The notes: generated by a model from the letters alone, not told the origin. Shown: positions 27,998 to 39,420, counted from the stretch's first letter. The stretch is 64,000 nt of DNA from Candidatus Latescibacterota bacterium (GCA_965198115.1 OZ240241.1:6272001-6336000), one strand, 5' to 3'. Translations and numbers: made by a program.

Positions 27998-29429
27998 ATG
28001 AAACGCTTTCTCGGGTTGGATGTGGGAACGACCACGATTACAGCCCTTGTGCTGGACCTCGATACGGGCCGAATCGTCGCCCGATCGACGCCGAACGACA
28101 CGGAGATCACGTCATCCGAGGGTCGGCGTCAGGGTCGGAGCGAGTGGGACCCGACGCGGATCCTCGTTCGTGTTAAAGAGGCCATCAAGGAAACGATTTC
28201 GGGGTGCGAATCGGAGGTGGAGGCGGTCGGTGTGACGGGCCAGATGCACGGAATGCTGGTGGTTGGCGAAGATGGCAACCCCTGGGTCCTTTCATCGGGT
28301 GGCAAGACCAGCGGGGAACCGAATTGCTACTGGGAGGGCCATCCGCCGTCGATCGTTTGGCGATGGCGTCGGGCCCGGATGTGTGTGTGGCCAAGACGGG
28401 ATATCTCGGTTCGACGCTGACGTGGCTCGCCGTGAGCGAAGCGCTACCCCGGTTTCTTTTCTGCCCGATTATGTCGTGGCGGCGATGACGGACACCGCCG
28501 TCGTAACGGATCGCACGAATGCGGCCGGTTCCGGTCTTTACGATGTCGTGTGCGACACGTGGGATGAAGCACTGATTGGGGCAGGATTTTTTCCACCGAC
28601 GGCCCTGCCCGAACTCAGACCATCGGGCACCGTGGCGGGACCTTTGAGTGCGAACTGGGCCCAGATAATCGGCCTCCAAGCCGGGATTCCGGTGATGGTC
28701 TCGTGTGGCGACAATCAGGCGAGTTTTGCGGGGAGCGTTGCCGACTACGACGAGATCGCGCTCATCAATATCGGGACGGGCGGTCAGGTTTCCGTTCACG
28801 CGAAGGAAGCGGTAGGGGCGCCGGGGCTGGAGGCTCGACCGTTTATGGACGGTCGGTATCTGCTGGTCGGTGCCGGATTGGTCGGAGGTCGTACGTTCGC
28901 GTGGCTCCGTGATTTCGTGGCGGCGGTCGGGCGAGATGTGTTTGACGTCGCGATCGAATCGGATGCGATTTACGACACTCTGACACGTTTAGCGGGCGAG
29001 GTCGATCCCGGCGCTGACGATCTGGCTTTTGAGCCGCTGCTGACTGGCACGCGTGAGGCTCCGGATCGCCGGGGGGTGATGGCGGGAATCGGGACGAGCA
29101 ATTTCACCCCAGGGCATCTGTGTCGGGCCCTGTTCGAGGGCGTTGCGGAGCAGTTTCGCCTGCTGTATGAGGCGGCGATCGCTACAGGTACAAAGCGAAG
29201 GACGAGGCTGGTCGGAGCAGGGAATGGGATTCGGCGGAATCCGGTGCTGAGGGAGATTTTGGAGGCGTCGTTCGAGTTGTCGATGCAGCTGCCCGAACAC
29301 ACGGAAGAAGCGGCTTACGGTGCCGCCCTGCTGGCCAGCGTGGGGACGGGAGACCGTGACAGTCTGGCGGAAGCGTCCTCGGTGATTTGTTACGCCGGAG
29401 CGTCAGGCCTAGGTCGTGCTGGCGTCTGA
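27998..29429 (+). CDS. FGGY carbohydrate kinase, sedoheptulokinase-like (frameshifts ~28280 and ~28445)
   Basis: LGLDVGTT, GVTGQMHG, GWQDQR, TNAAGSG, GDNQAS, NIGTGGQ, GNGIRRN, EEAAYGAA spread over three frames. Confidence 0.82.
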
Positions 29430-29666
29430 GATGATGGCGCGTATGGCGGGCTTGAGGAAGAAGTCGTCGAGCGGAAGCTTTCCGAATTCACGTGCGAAAA
29501 TCTGGACCTGGCTTCGGACGTCGAGTTCGCGATCGAGGATGAATCGCCGTTCGCCCTTGATGACGCAGAAGCCACCCGGGCGGCCCTCGAGATCGGTTCG
29601 GGCGACGTCGATGTCGAGCCGCTCGGCGAGGGCTTCGAATTCCTGGAGAAGTTGCTCGTTGGTCAT
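29409..29666 (-). CDS. small hypothetical protein
   Basis: 85 aa with a coherent composition (LAERLDIDV...GGFCVIKGE...LKPAIR). Confidence 0.7.
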   Translation of the reverse strand: MTNEQLLQEFEALAERLDIDVARTDLEGRPGGFCVIKGERRFILDRELDVRSQVQIFAREFGKLPLDDFFLKPAIRAIISDASTT

Positions 29667-29773
29667 TTGCAGAAACCAGTGTTCAGCGTTCGGTGTTCAG
29701 GAAAAACCACGTCGCGATTGTTATGGCTCTGAAGTGACAGTACGCAAACAGGGAGTTCGATTCAACCGATTGG

Positions 29774-30412
29774 ATGATCGAAGCCATTCTGTTCGACAAT
29801 GACGGGGTGCTCGTCGATACAGAGCCCGTCTACATCCGGGCGTGTATCGAAGCGGCGAGAGAGGCTGGACATACGGTCACGGCCGATGATTACGTCCGGC
29901 TGACGATGACGCAGGGTCTGAGCATCTACGGTGAGCTTGGATTGAAGGAAGCGGACATCAATTCGCTGCGGAAGAAGCGAGATACGCGCTACGGGGAGTT
30001 GCTCGCCGGTCAGGATCTCGTGTTTCCTGGTGTGCGTGAGACGATCGCCGCCCTCGGAGCACGGTTGCGACTCGCCGTGGTGACGAGTTCTTACAAACCC
30101 TACTTCGACCAGATTCATTGCGATTCGGGACTCCTCGAGCACTTCGAGTTCGTTCTGACCCGCGAGGATTTCGTGAATTCGAAGCCGAATCCGGAGCCGT
30201 ATCGGCGAGGGCTGGAACGATTGGGAATGGATGGGACGAGGTGTCTGGCGGTCGAGGACTCGACACGCGGTGTGGCATCGGCTGTCGAAGCCGGGATACC
30301 TTGTGTGGCCGTTCCGACCGACTTGACGAAGGACGGCGATTTTAGTCGAGCCTTACGGATCGTGGAGAAGATCGAGGATGTCGTTGACGTTGTGGATGAG
30401 ATGACGGGATGA
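29774..30412 (+). CDS. HAD family phosphatase (beta-PGM/CbbY-like)
   Basis: FDNDGVLVDT, VVTSS, KPNPEPY, VEDS. Confidence 0.92.
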   Translation: MIEAILFDNDGVLVDTEPVYIRACIEAAREAGHTVTADDYVRLTMTQGLSIYGELGLKEADINSLRKKRDTRYGELLAGQDLVFPGVRETIAALGARLRLAVVTSSYKPYFDQIHCDSGLLEHFEFVLTREDFVNSKPNPEPYRRGLERLGMDGTRCLAVEDSTRGVASAVEAGIPCVAVPTDLTKDGDFSRALRIVEKIEDVVDVVDEMTG

Positions 30413-30442
30413 AGCGATAGCACGCTCGAAAGTGAGGAGAAT

Positions 30443-30916
30443 GTGAACGGGACGGTTGAAGCGATCTTCGTGGCTGGCAAGGGCGGCGACCCGATGCAGC
30501 GCGTGGACAAAGTGGCGGCGGTGAAGGACGGTGGTCTGCGTGGCGATCGGTATATGGAACGAACGGGCTACTGGACGGATGTGGATGAATGTCAGGTGAC
30601 GTTGATCGAGGGAGAAGCGCTCGATTGGATTGCGTCTGAAACAGACGTGAAGGTTCAGAGCGGTGAGCACCGACGCAACATCGTGACGCGTGGCGTCGAT
30701 CTGATGAAGCTGGCGGGGAAGCGGTTCCGCGTGGGCGAGGCGGAGTTGGTGTTCGATCGTCCCCGTCCGCCCTGCTGCTACATTCAGACGATCACGCAGA
30801 GGGGAATGATGAAGGTTCTGGGAGGGCTCAACGGCGGGATTTGCGCACGTGTTCTGTCAGATGGAATAATTCGATCAGGCGACACGATCGCTCTGACGGA
30901 CGGAACGGGAGGCTGA
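30443..30916 (+). CDS. MOSC domain protein
   Basis: GLRGDRY, QVTLI, RRNIVTRG, PPC, GGICARV...G.IRSGD. Confidence 0.9.
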   Translation: MNGTVEAIFVAGKGGDPMQRVDKVAAVKDGGLRGDRYMERTGYWTDVDECQVTLIEGEALDWIASETDVKVQSGEHRRNIVTRGVDLMKLAGKRFRVGEAELVFDRPRPPCCYIQTITQRGMMKVLGGLNGGICARVLSDGIIRSGDTIALTDGTGG

Positions 30917-31755
30917 TGGTGAAGCCCGGTGTTTTCTGTACGGTGTTCCAGCGCGATTCGGTCGAAGCCGTCGTGGACGCGATCGTGGATGCCGGTTTCG
31001 TTGCGACGCAGTTTCACGCATCGTCGGCCGGGGAGCAGCTGATCGCCGGTGTGCTCGAGGACGAGCTTTGCGCTCGGATCCGGTCCGCGTTCGAGCGTCG
31101 AAAGCTCGAGATGGCGGCGCTGTCGGGCACGTTCAATATCATTCACCCGGACTCCGCTGTTCGTGATGGCGATTTCCGTCGGTTCGATGGGCTGGCTTCG
31201 TGCTGCCACGAGCTGGGCACGGGGACGATGACGCTCTGTACAGGCACGATGGACCCGGACTATATGTGGCGCCGTCACGCCGAGAACGGGTCGAAAACAG
31301 CGTGGGATGCGATGATCGAGTCGCTCGGACGACTGGCCGAAATCGCGGAGGCGCGAAACGTGACGCTGGCGTTCGAGCCCGAAGTGTCGAACGTGATCGA
31401 TACGGCAAAGAAGGCGCGCGAGGCGATCGACACCGTAGGGTCCGATCGGATCAAGGTCTGCATCGATGGGGCCAATCTGTTTCACGCTGGAGAGTTGCCG
31501 CGAATGAAGGAGATTCTGGACGAGGCGTTCGACCTGCTGGGTGCCGACATCGTGATGGCCCACGCCAAGGATTTGTCCCAAGACGGCGAAGCGGGGTACG
31601 ATGCCGCAGGCACTGGCCAACTGGATTACGATCGCTACGTTCACAATCTGCGTGAGATCGGCTACGACGGCACGATCGCGCTCCACAGCTTGAGTGAGGA
31701 TCAACTCCCGTTCAGTCGCGATTTTCTGTTTGAAAAACTGGGAATGTCCCTCTGA
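30916..31755 (+). CDS. sugar phosphate isomerase/epimerase (xylose isomerase-like TIM barrel)
   Basis: SGTFNIIHPD, LAFEPE, IDGANL, AHAKD, AAGTG. Confidence 0.88.
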   Translation: MVKPGVFCTVFQRDSVEAVVDAIVDAGFVATQFHASSAGEQLIAGVLEDELCARIRSAFERRKLEMAALSGTFNIIHPDSAVRDGDFRRFDGLASCCHELGTGTMTLCTGTMDPDYMWRRHAENGSKTAWDAMIESLGRLAEIAEARNVTLAFEPEVSNVIDTAKKAREAIDTVGSDRIKVCIDGANLFHAGELPRMKEILDEAFDLLGADIVMAHAKDLSQDGEAGYDAAGTGQLDYDRYVHNLREIGYDGTIALHSLSEDQLPFSRDFLFEKLGMSL

Positions 31756-31823
31756 ACGTTTCCACGCCAGGTCAGCTCTCCACCGAACGCACGATAGAGG
31801 ATTCTGGCGACACGATCTTTCAC

Positions 31824-34028
31824 GTGTCGTGCCCCCCCGGTCTGGCCCGTTTGCTGAAAATCGAGCTCGATTCCCTCGGATTCGAATCCACCGGATCCCC
31901 TTCGGCCGGTGCCAACCTGAAGGGTTCGATCGAAGATGCCTACCGAGCTTGTCTATGGTCCCGCGTGGCCACGCGCTTGCTCTGGCCGATCGCGCGGTTC
32001 CCCGCACCGAACGAAGATGCCCTGTACGACGGTGTTCGCAAGATTCCGTGGGAGGATCATCTCGACGTCGACGCCACACTGGTCGTCGATGCGCATACGG
32101 TTCGATCGACCATCACACACTCCCATTTCGCGGCGTTGAAAGTGAAGGATGCTGTCGTCGATCGCCTACGCGATCGTTTCGGCCACCGGCCCTCCGTCGA
32201 TCTGCAGGATCCCGATCTTCGAATCAATCTCTACCTCTATCAAAACGAAGCCACTGTCGCCATCGACCTGAGTGGCCACGGTCTCCACCGTCGCGGGTAT
32301 CGTCAGGCGGGCCACGAGGCTCCGATTCGGGAGAATCTGGCGGCCGCGATCCTGATGCAGGCGGGATGGCCGGATATCGAGGGGCCGCTGCTCGACCCGA
32401 TGTGCGGATCGGGGACCTTTCTGGTCGAGGGTGGGCTGATGGCGGCTGATGTGGCTCCGGGACTTTTGAGACAGCGATTCGGGTTCGAAGGATGGCTGAA
32501 GCACGATGTTGGAGCTTGGAAACGTCTTCGAATCGAAGCGGAAGGGAAACGACGAACGATCGGACGTCCCATTGTCGGGTATGACGTGGATCCCGAGGCG
32601 GTGGCTCTGGCGAAACGACACGCGTCCCGGGCCGGGTTGGGCGAGTTCATTCTAGTGGAGCAGCACGATTTGTCCTCGATGACCGATCTGGATTCGCAAG
32701 TTCCCGGATTACTCGCGACGAATCCACCCTACGGAAAGCGGATGGGCGAGTTGGACGAGGTTCGTGGATTGTATGCCACGCTGGGGGAAAAGCTGAAGGA
32801 GGGTTTTGCCGGATGGATGGTCGCGCTCTTTACGGGGAACTCGGAGCTCGGTTCGGCCGTGCGTTTGCGTCCGAGAAGATCTTACGTGTTCGACAATGGG
32901 GGGATCGAGAGTAAGCTTCTGTTGTACAAGATGGATGCGAGACGCGGCCGAAGCTCTGCGGACAATTCTGGTGATGGTTTGGAATCCAAGCAGAGCGGAG
33001 CAGGCGAGAAGGCGAGCCCTTCGATACGCGACCTGCGGTCGCCACTCAGGACAGGCAGGCGTGGTGAGGTGGACTTCATCGCGAGGTCTTCTGCAGATGG
33101 TGTTGAGATGTTTGCGAATCGGTTGAGGAAGAACCTGCGGCATTTTGGGAAATGGGCTCGGCGACAGGGGATCGACTGTTTTCGGGTGTATGATGCGGAC
33201 CTTCCTGATTTTCCGTTCGCCGTCGATATCTACTCGGGATCCGACTGCCGTTGTGCACTCGTACAGGTTTACGAGGGGGAGCGGCTGGATGAGGGAAAGC
33301 TCGGCGCAGGGATCGAAGCGGTCGGAACCGAATTGGAGATTCCAGCGAACGACGTGATCATGAAGAGGCGGCGGAGACAACGGGGGGATGCCCAGTACGA
33401 TCGCGTGGCGAATGAGGTCCGCGAAGTGGTCGTGGAGGAAGGACCGGCTCGTTTCTGCGTGAACCTGACGGATTACGTCGATACAGGTCTGTTCCTGGAC
33501 AACCGGATGGTGCGGGATCTCATCAGGAACAGGGCAGACGGTGTTCGATTCCTGAATCTGTTCGGCTACACGGGGACCGCGTCGGTTCACGCGGCTCTGG
33601 GTGGCGCCGTTTCGACGACGACGGTCGATCTGTCGAACACCTATCTGGATTGGGCGCGACGAAACCTGTCGCTGAACGGGTTCGACGATGACGCGCACGG
33701 ATTCGTCCGCGCAGACTGTCTCACGTGGCCACAATCGGCGATGGAACGATACGATCTGATCTATCTGGATCCGCCGACATTCTCGAACTCGAAGGCGATG
33801 GATGTGTCGTTCGACGTTCAGCGTGACCACGTGGATCTGATCGAACAAAGCCTGCGACTGTTGTCCGATCGCGGAACGCTTCTCTTTTCCTGCAATCGGA
33901 ACCGTTTCGAGTTGAAGATGGAGGCACGAGAAGGGCTACGGATACAGAATCTGTCGGGGGCGACGCTACCGAAGGATTTCGAACGGCGGCGGGCGTATCA
34001 TCACTGTTATGTGCTCAAGAAGGCGTAG
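31824..34028 (+). CDS. rlmL: bifunctional 23S rRNA m2G2445/m7G2069 methyltransferase RlmKL
   Basis: THUMP domain, GLHRRGYR, DPMCGSGT, NPPYG, NRLRKN, DTGLFLD, LNLFGYTG, DPPTFSNSK; start may be slightly upstream. Confidence 0.95.
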   Translation: MSCPPGLARLLKIELDSLGFESTGSPSAGANLKGSIEDAYRACLWSRVATRLLWPIARFPAPNEDALYDGVRKIPWEDHLDVDATLVVDAHTVRSTITHSHFAALKVKDAVVDRLRDRFGHRPSVDLQDPDLRINLYLYQNEATVAIDLSGHGLHRRGYRQAGHEAPIRENLAAAILMQAGWPDIEGPLLDPMCGSGTFLVEGGLMAADVAPGLLRQRFGFEGWLKHDVGAWKRLRIEAEGKRRTIGRPIVGYDVDPEAVALAKRHASRAGLGEFILVEQHDLSSMTDLDSQVPGLLATNPPYGKRMGELDEVRGLYATLGEKLKEGFAGWMVALFTGNSELGSAVRLRPRRSYVFDNGGIESKLLLYKMDARRGRSSADNSGDGLESKQSGAGEKASPSIRDLRSPLRTGRRGEVDFIARSSADGVEMFANRLRKNLRHFGKWARRQGIDCFRVYDADLPDFPFAVDIYSGSDCRCALVQVYEGERLDEGKLGAGIEAVGTELEIPANDVIMKRRRRQRGDAQYDRVANEVREVVVEEGPARFCVNLTDYVDTGLFLDNRMVRDLIRNRADGVRFLNLFGYTGTASVHAALGGAVSTTTVDLSNTYLDWARRNLSLNGFDDDAHGFVRADCLTWPQSAMERYDLIYLDPPTFSNSKAMDVSFDVQRDHVDLIEQSLRLLSDRGTLLFSCNRNRFELKMEAREGLRIQNLSGATLPKDFERRRAYHHCYVLKKA

Positions 34029-34077
34029 GGGTAATACATCCCTACGACCCAATACCTCCGTGTGATGCGATAACCAA

Positions 34078-35538
34078 ATGAATAAACCGAATATTCTGAT
34101 TATCCAGGCCGATCAACACAGGTGGGATTGTCTGGGGGCGACAGGCAATCCCGACGTGCGTACACCCAACATCGATGCAATCGCGAATGATGGGGCAACG
34201 TTCGATCAGTCGTTTTGCCCGTATCCGGTTTGCACGCCTTCGCGGTATTCCTTTCTGACGGGTCTCTGGGTCCATCAGCACCTGGGATGGACGAACCACT
34301 GCACGATTCCGAACGGGATGGTGACCTTCCCGCGTATTCTGCGAGATCACGGTTACCGGACGAAGGCGGTCGGGAAAATGCATCTCACGCCCACGTATCT
34401 GGATGTGGGATTCGAGGAAATGCAGCTGGCGGAACAGAATGGTCCCGGCCGGTACGAAGACGACTACCATCGGTACCTGCGCGACGAAGGGTTGTGCGAT
34501 GCGGTCGATCTGGTCGATCAGGAGCGAGAGTATCGCCCCAGAGCGACCCCGGCGATACTGGGACACATTCGGGGCGCTCGTGTCGGATCTGGATGAGGCC
34601 CACCACTCGACGACGTGGATCGGGCTATCGAAACACTGGATTCGTGGGAAGGCGAAGGCAACCTGCTGATGGCGAGCTTTATCAAGCCGCACCATCCGTT
34701 CGATCCGCCCGCGCCGTGGCACGAGATGTACGATCCGTCGTCCCTGACGCTTTTACCCGGCTGGACGGATCCCGAGGACATTCTGTTCAGCAAAGGATAT
34801 TTTCCGCACGCGGATCTGAATGAACGGAAGCTGCGACGGGTGATGGCTTACTACTATGGATCGATTTCTCACATCGACCATCACCTGGGCCGGATGATCG
34901 ATTCGTTGCGTGCGAGCGGGCTATACGACGATACGTTGATCGTCTACAACAGCGATCACGGTGAGTATCTGGGGTTCCACCATATGAAAGGGAAAGGGAA
35001 CCGGATGTACGATCCGCTCGTCCGCGTTTCCGCTGATCGTCAAGTGGCCGGATCAGACGCGCGAAGCTCTACGACGGGACGATCTGGTCAACACGATCGA
35101 TCTGGCGCCTACTTTTTTGAACGCTGCAGGATGTGAGGTTCCCGATACGATGGGCGGGTTCGATCTGCGTGAGGAGACGTCGCGAGAGACGATGTTCGTG
35201 GAGTCGGGACGCGGGTCCGAATATATGGCTCGGTCCAGGACCCATAAGCTGCTCTTGTGTGAGGAGTCCGCATTCGATCGGCTTTACGACCTGGAGAACG
35301 ACCCACTGGAGATGACGAACGTGCTTCGCCGGAGCGAGCACGCGGAGGCACGGGATGGTTGCGTGATGAGCTGATGCGGTGGGCGTTGTTCGATGCACGG
35401 ACCGTGGTCCATTTGGATGAGCACGCGCAGGTGGTGGCTGGACGGCCCGAACCGGATCCAAAGGGAAAGGAATGGCAGTCGATGTATGGTTACTTCGCGG
35501 GGATGATGGAACGCGTTTTCGAGGCCGGACGTGTTTGA
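34078..35538 (+). CDS. sulfatase (several frameshifts)
   Basis: PNILIIQADQHR, CTPSR formylglycine motif, GKMH, PHHPF, SDHGE, LYDLENDPLE spread over successive frames; stop 35536-35538. Confidence 0.85.
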
Positions 35539-36543
35539 CATCGTCTGGTGCGACGCGCAGGAGTTGACGGTGGCGGGTCAGGGTTTCGTGGACACGGCAT
35601 TGCCCTACGATCGGCTTCCGGCTCGGGCGGAGGGTGTGGTTCGACCGGAGGTCTGGAATCTCAGTCGGCATTCGGCAGGTATCCGCATCGGGTTCCGGAC
35701 GGATGCGACGTCGATTCATGCGCGCTGGACACTGACGGAGGCACAACTCGCCAAACACCATATGGCGGCCACGGCGGTGAGTGGACTCGACCTTTACGTC
35801 GACCTCGGCGATGGATACAGGTGGGCGGGGATCGGTCGGCCGGAAAATTTCCCCGACAACGAAGCGGTCCTGCTGGATGGTGCGGTAGAGGGGAAAAAGC
35901 GCTGTTTGATTTATCTACCGCTCTACAATGGTGTCTCGTCCGTGTCGGTGGGGGTGCCCAAAGGGTGTGCGCTCGAGTCTATTCCGGATCTGGCGGAGTC
36001 ACTGCCCATTCTGTTCTATGGCACGTCGATTACGCACGGCGCGAGCGCTACGAGACCAGGCAGTGCGCACGTGCAGAAGATCGGTCGGGGCCTGGGGCTT
36101 CCGACGATCAACCTGGGCTTTTGGGGTAATGGAAAGATGGAGCCAGAGGTCGCCGAGCTCGTGGCCGAGGTCGACGCACGTCTCTATCTGATCGATTGCC
36201 TGCCGAATATGGATGCCGATCTGGTCACGGAGTGTGGCGAAGCGTTCGTCCAGATTGTGCGAAAAACGCGACCGACCGCCCCGGTCCTGATGGTCGAGGA
36301 TCGCACGTATGGGGACGCCTTCGTCAATCCAGGTCGGGCGCATCGAAATGAGACATCCCGCGCAGCCTACAAACCTATCTATGAAAACTGAGTTCGTCGG
36401 ATCCGAACCTCTACTATCTGGAGGGGGCGGGACAGCTGGACACGGATGATACGGTCGACGGGTCCCATCCAACGGATCTGGGATTCGCCCGGATGGCGAA
36501 CGTTTTTTCGACGAAAATCCGTGAGATACTCGACGCACGGTAA
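35531..36543 (+). CDS. SGNH/GDSL hydrolase (GxDLY-type; frameshift ~36388)
   Basis: SGLDLY, LPLYNG, FYGTSITHG, NLGF.GNG, DCLPN; DGSHPTDLG lies in the shifted frame. Confidence 0.85.
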
Positions 36544-36556
36544 GTGAGGGAGATCT

Positions 36557-37660
36557 ATGGCTTTTGAGATACACGAAATCGATGGTGAGATCAAAGGCGC
36601 CTACGGTTTGACGGTTGCCGATATGAACGGGAATGGGCGTCCCGATGTCGTCGCAGGCTCGTTGGGTGACAAGATGATCGCGTGGTACGAAGGCCCCAAT
36701 TACAAGAAGCACGTAGTGTCGACGGATCACGTTGGGACGATCTGTGTCGCGACGCACGACGTGACGGGTTCGGGCAGACGGGACATCATTGCGGGCAGCG
36801 GGTTCAGCCGGCGGGATCGCTCGATCACCGAATACGTTCATTGGCTCGAAGCGCCGGAAGGTGATGGGGAATGGAAGAGTCATTTGATCGATGAGCTCCC
36901 CTATGCCCATCGGCTCGGGATGGTGGACGTGAACCAGAATGGCGAGCCGGTTCTGATCGTGGCGGCGATCAGAGGCGTGGACGGCAATATAGAGGACTGG
37001 CGCGATCCGGGCCCGATCTGGCTGTTCGAGATTCCGGAAGATCCTTACGGGAAATGGACACGTCACCGAATCGGCGAAGCGTGCCTGAGCCACGGCTTCT
37101 CGGTGGGTGACGTCGACGATGACGGTCGAATGGATGTGTTGATCGGTTCGCGAGATGGCCTGCTGTGGTATGAGCCACCGGCAGAGGATCTGGGCGATCC
37201 CTGGACCCGCCACGTCATCAGCGAACTGGAAGCCAGCGAAACGTGGACGGCGGACCTGGATGGGGATGGGTTGAACGAGATCTTTTCGATCGAGCCGTGG
37301 CACGGGAACGAGCTGGCGTGGTATAAATGTGTGGGCGGGGATTTACGGACCGGCCCGTGGGAACGGCATCTGATCGACGATTCGTTGAATCGGGGTCACT
37401 CGGTACAGTGTATCGACATCGACGGCGATGGCAGAATGGAGATTGTTTCCGGCTACAATGGCGAAGGACACACGCTCAGTCTCTATCGAGCCAAGGACGA
37501 TACGTTCGAGACGTGGGATCGGGAAGCGATCGACCCGGGCGGCCTCGGGATCGGGCAGATGGTGATCCTGGATATGAATGGGAGCGGTGCGCTGGACATC
37601 GTGGCGACGGGGATGTCGACGAGTAATGTGAGGTGGTACGAGGGGGGTGGTGCTCGTTAG
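36557..37660 (+). CDS. FG-GAP/VCBS repeat beta-propeller protein (aldos-2-ulose dehydratase propeller-like)
   Basis: Repeated DxxGxGxxD motifs (DMNGNGRPD, DVDDDGRMD, DLDGDGLNE, DIDGDGRME); EPWHGNE; no signal peptide. Confidence 0.8.
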   Translation: MAFEIHEIDGEIKGAYGLTVADMNGNGRPDVVAGSLGDKMIAWYEGPNYKKHVVSTDHVGTICVATHDVTGSGRRDIIAGSGFSRRDRSITEYVHWLEAPEGDGEWKSHLIDELPYAHRLGMVDVNQNGEPVLIVAAIRGVDGNIEDWRDPGPIWLFEIPEDPYGKWTRHRIGEACLSHGFSVGDVDDDGRMDVLIGSRDGLLWYEPPAEDLGDPWTRHVISELEASETWTADLDGDGLNEIFSIEPWHGNELAWYKCVGGDLRTGPWERHLIDDSLNRGHSVQCIDIDGDGRMEIVSGYNGEGHTLSLYRAKDDTFETWDREAIDPGGLGIGQMVILDMNGSGALDIVATGMSTSNVRWYEGGGAR

Positions 37661-37811
37661 GTGGCGGGGTGCTAGGGAGGAAGAGCGGGGTTCTCAGGAA
37701 CTGAGAACTGTTGGCCGTGGACCGTTTGCCGGGGAAACCCTGGTCCGTTGCTGCTGATCAGGGAGGAGATCGATGAAGGTCTTGACATCGGCGGAGGCGG
37801 TCAACGGCCCT

Positions 37812-38714
37812 CTAGTTATAAACCACGTTGTTTCGGCCGGCGCGCTTGGCTTCGTAGAGACGGTCGTCGGCCCGCTTGATCATTCGTTCGGGGTCGGCGG
37901 CGTCGACGTCTTCGGGATGGGAAGAGATTCCGGCGCTGATCGTGATCTTGACCGAGCCTCCATCGACACGGAATTCGTGGCTTTCCACGTTTTCGCGCAG
38001 ACGCTCGCCGAAGATGGCGGCGCCCTCGCGTGACGTGTGGAGGAGCATAATGAGGAATTCTTCGCCGCCGTAGCGAATGACAGCATCTTCCTGGCGACAG
38101 AGCACCCTTACGAGATGGGTAACCTCTTTGAGGACGAGGTCGCCGGCGTCGTGGCCGTCGTTGACGTCCTTGAAGTGGTCGATGTCAAACATCAGGCAAG
38201 ATACAGGAATATCGTGGCGGGAGGATTCGGCCAGCCGAGCCTTGAGGAAGGGATCGAGGGCCCGCCGATTGTAGGCGCCTGTCAACGGATCAGTCAGCGA
38301 CAGTTCCGACAGGCGCTTGTATTCTTCGAAGATCTGATCGAGTTTCAGTTTCTGTCGGACAAGGGCCCTGACGCGGGCGGCCAGTTCCTTGGGGTGGAAT
38401 GGCTTGACCAGGAATTCGACGGCGCCGAGGTCGAGACCCCTGACCCGGGTGTCGACTTCGTCGGTGGCTGAGATAAAAACGACGGGGACCGCATCGTAAC
38501 GGGGTTCGACCCGGATCGATCGAAGGACGTCGAAGCCGTGTTCGTCGGGGAGCGCGATGTCGAGAAGGATCAGATCGGGAATACGGCGAGACAGGAGCTC
38601 GAAGGCGTCCTGGCCGTTCGTCGCCGTTTCGATATCGAGGTTTTCCCCCCGAAGGGCGGTCTTGAGCAGGGTTAGCTGAGCGGTGTCGTCGTCGACGATG
38701 AGCAGGCTAGGCAT
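37812..38714 (-). CDS. response regulator diguanylate cyclase (REC-GGDEF, PleD/WspR-like)
   Basis: LIVDDD, LILLDI, KPF; TDPLTGAYNRR, DIDHFK, RQED I-site, RYGGEEF, AKRAGRN. Confidence 0.93.
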   Translation of the reverse strand: MPSLLIVDDDTAQLTLLKTALRGENLDIETATNGQDAFELLSRRIPDLILLDIALPDEHGFDVLRSIRVEPRYDAVPVVFISATDEVDTRVRGLDLGAVEFLVKPFHPKELAARVRALVRQKLKLDQIFEEYKRLSELSLTDPLTGAYNRRALDPFLKARLAESSRHDIPVSCLMFDIDHFKDVNDGHDAGDLVLKEVTHLVRVLCRQEDAVIRYGGEEFLIMLLHTSREGAAIFGERLRENVESHEFRVDGGSVKITISAGISSHPEDVDAADPERMIKRADDRLYEAKRAGRNNVVYN

Positions 38715-38838
38715 TCGGGTCCCAGTCCGATGGCAGTCAGTTGGAACGTGAAAGCCGAAAGGTACTCGAATGGACGGTCGCAGGAAAGCGAATAATGAGA
38801 GGAACGGCCTGTGAAATCTGATACTTAGAGCGGTCCTG

Positions 38839-39420
38839 CTACTCACCCTCGCGACGCGGCGTGACTAGCGCTTCGCCATCTTCTTCGATCAGCGGGCGGT
38901 TATAAACATAGGGGGGCTCCAGGACAGCCTTCTGGGCCTCCGTCAGTTCGGACACCCATCCGGACAAGCTTGTTTCGTAGACCCTCCGATGTAGTGCAGA
39001 TATTTGGGTGTGTAGCGATAGAAAAGCGAGCGTCGCTCGTGGTTCGCAGTCCACGGGAGCGTGCCGTGCGTGGTGGCTTCGTTGAAAATGACGAGGTCGC
39101 CAGCCTTCATCGGGACGTGATACACGATTTGACGATCCGCTGTCCACTCGGCGATGTCGCGCGGGATGGGATAGTTCGTCTTATGGCTGCCGGGGATGAC
39201 GCAGAGTCCGCCGTCGCCCGGGTTGACGTCGGCGAGCTGATACTGGCAGTTGATCAGGCCACACCGCATACGGCCATTCTGATACGCGTAGAAGCGGGAG
39301 CCGTTGAAGTTGACGGCGCCGTGACCGTGCAGGGAGAGGCCTTCCGTCCCCTTCTTCGAGGTATAGATGAAGAGGTCGTGATCGAGCTTCCAGCCACGGC
39401 CGAGGAGGGTGTTGAGATAA
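38839..39420 (-). pseudogene. phytanoyl-CoA dioxygenase (PhyH) family, 5' half missing at the ISAzo13 junction
   Basis: GGLCVIPGSHK, KAGDLVIF, THGTLPW..ERRSLFYRY; the frame begins abruptly at the IS end; extra frameshift ~38985. Confidence 0.85.
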
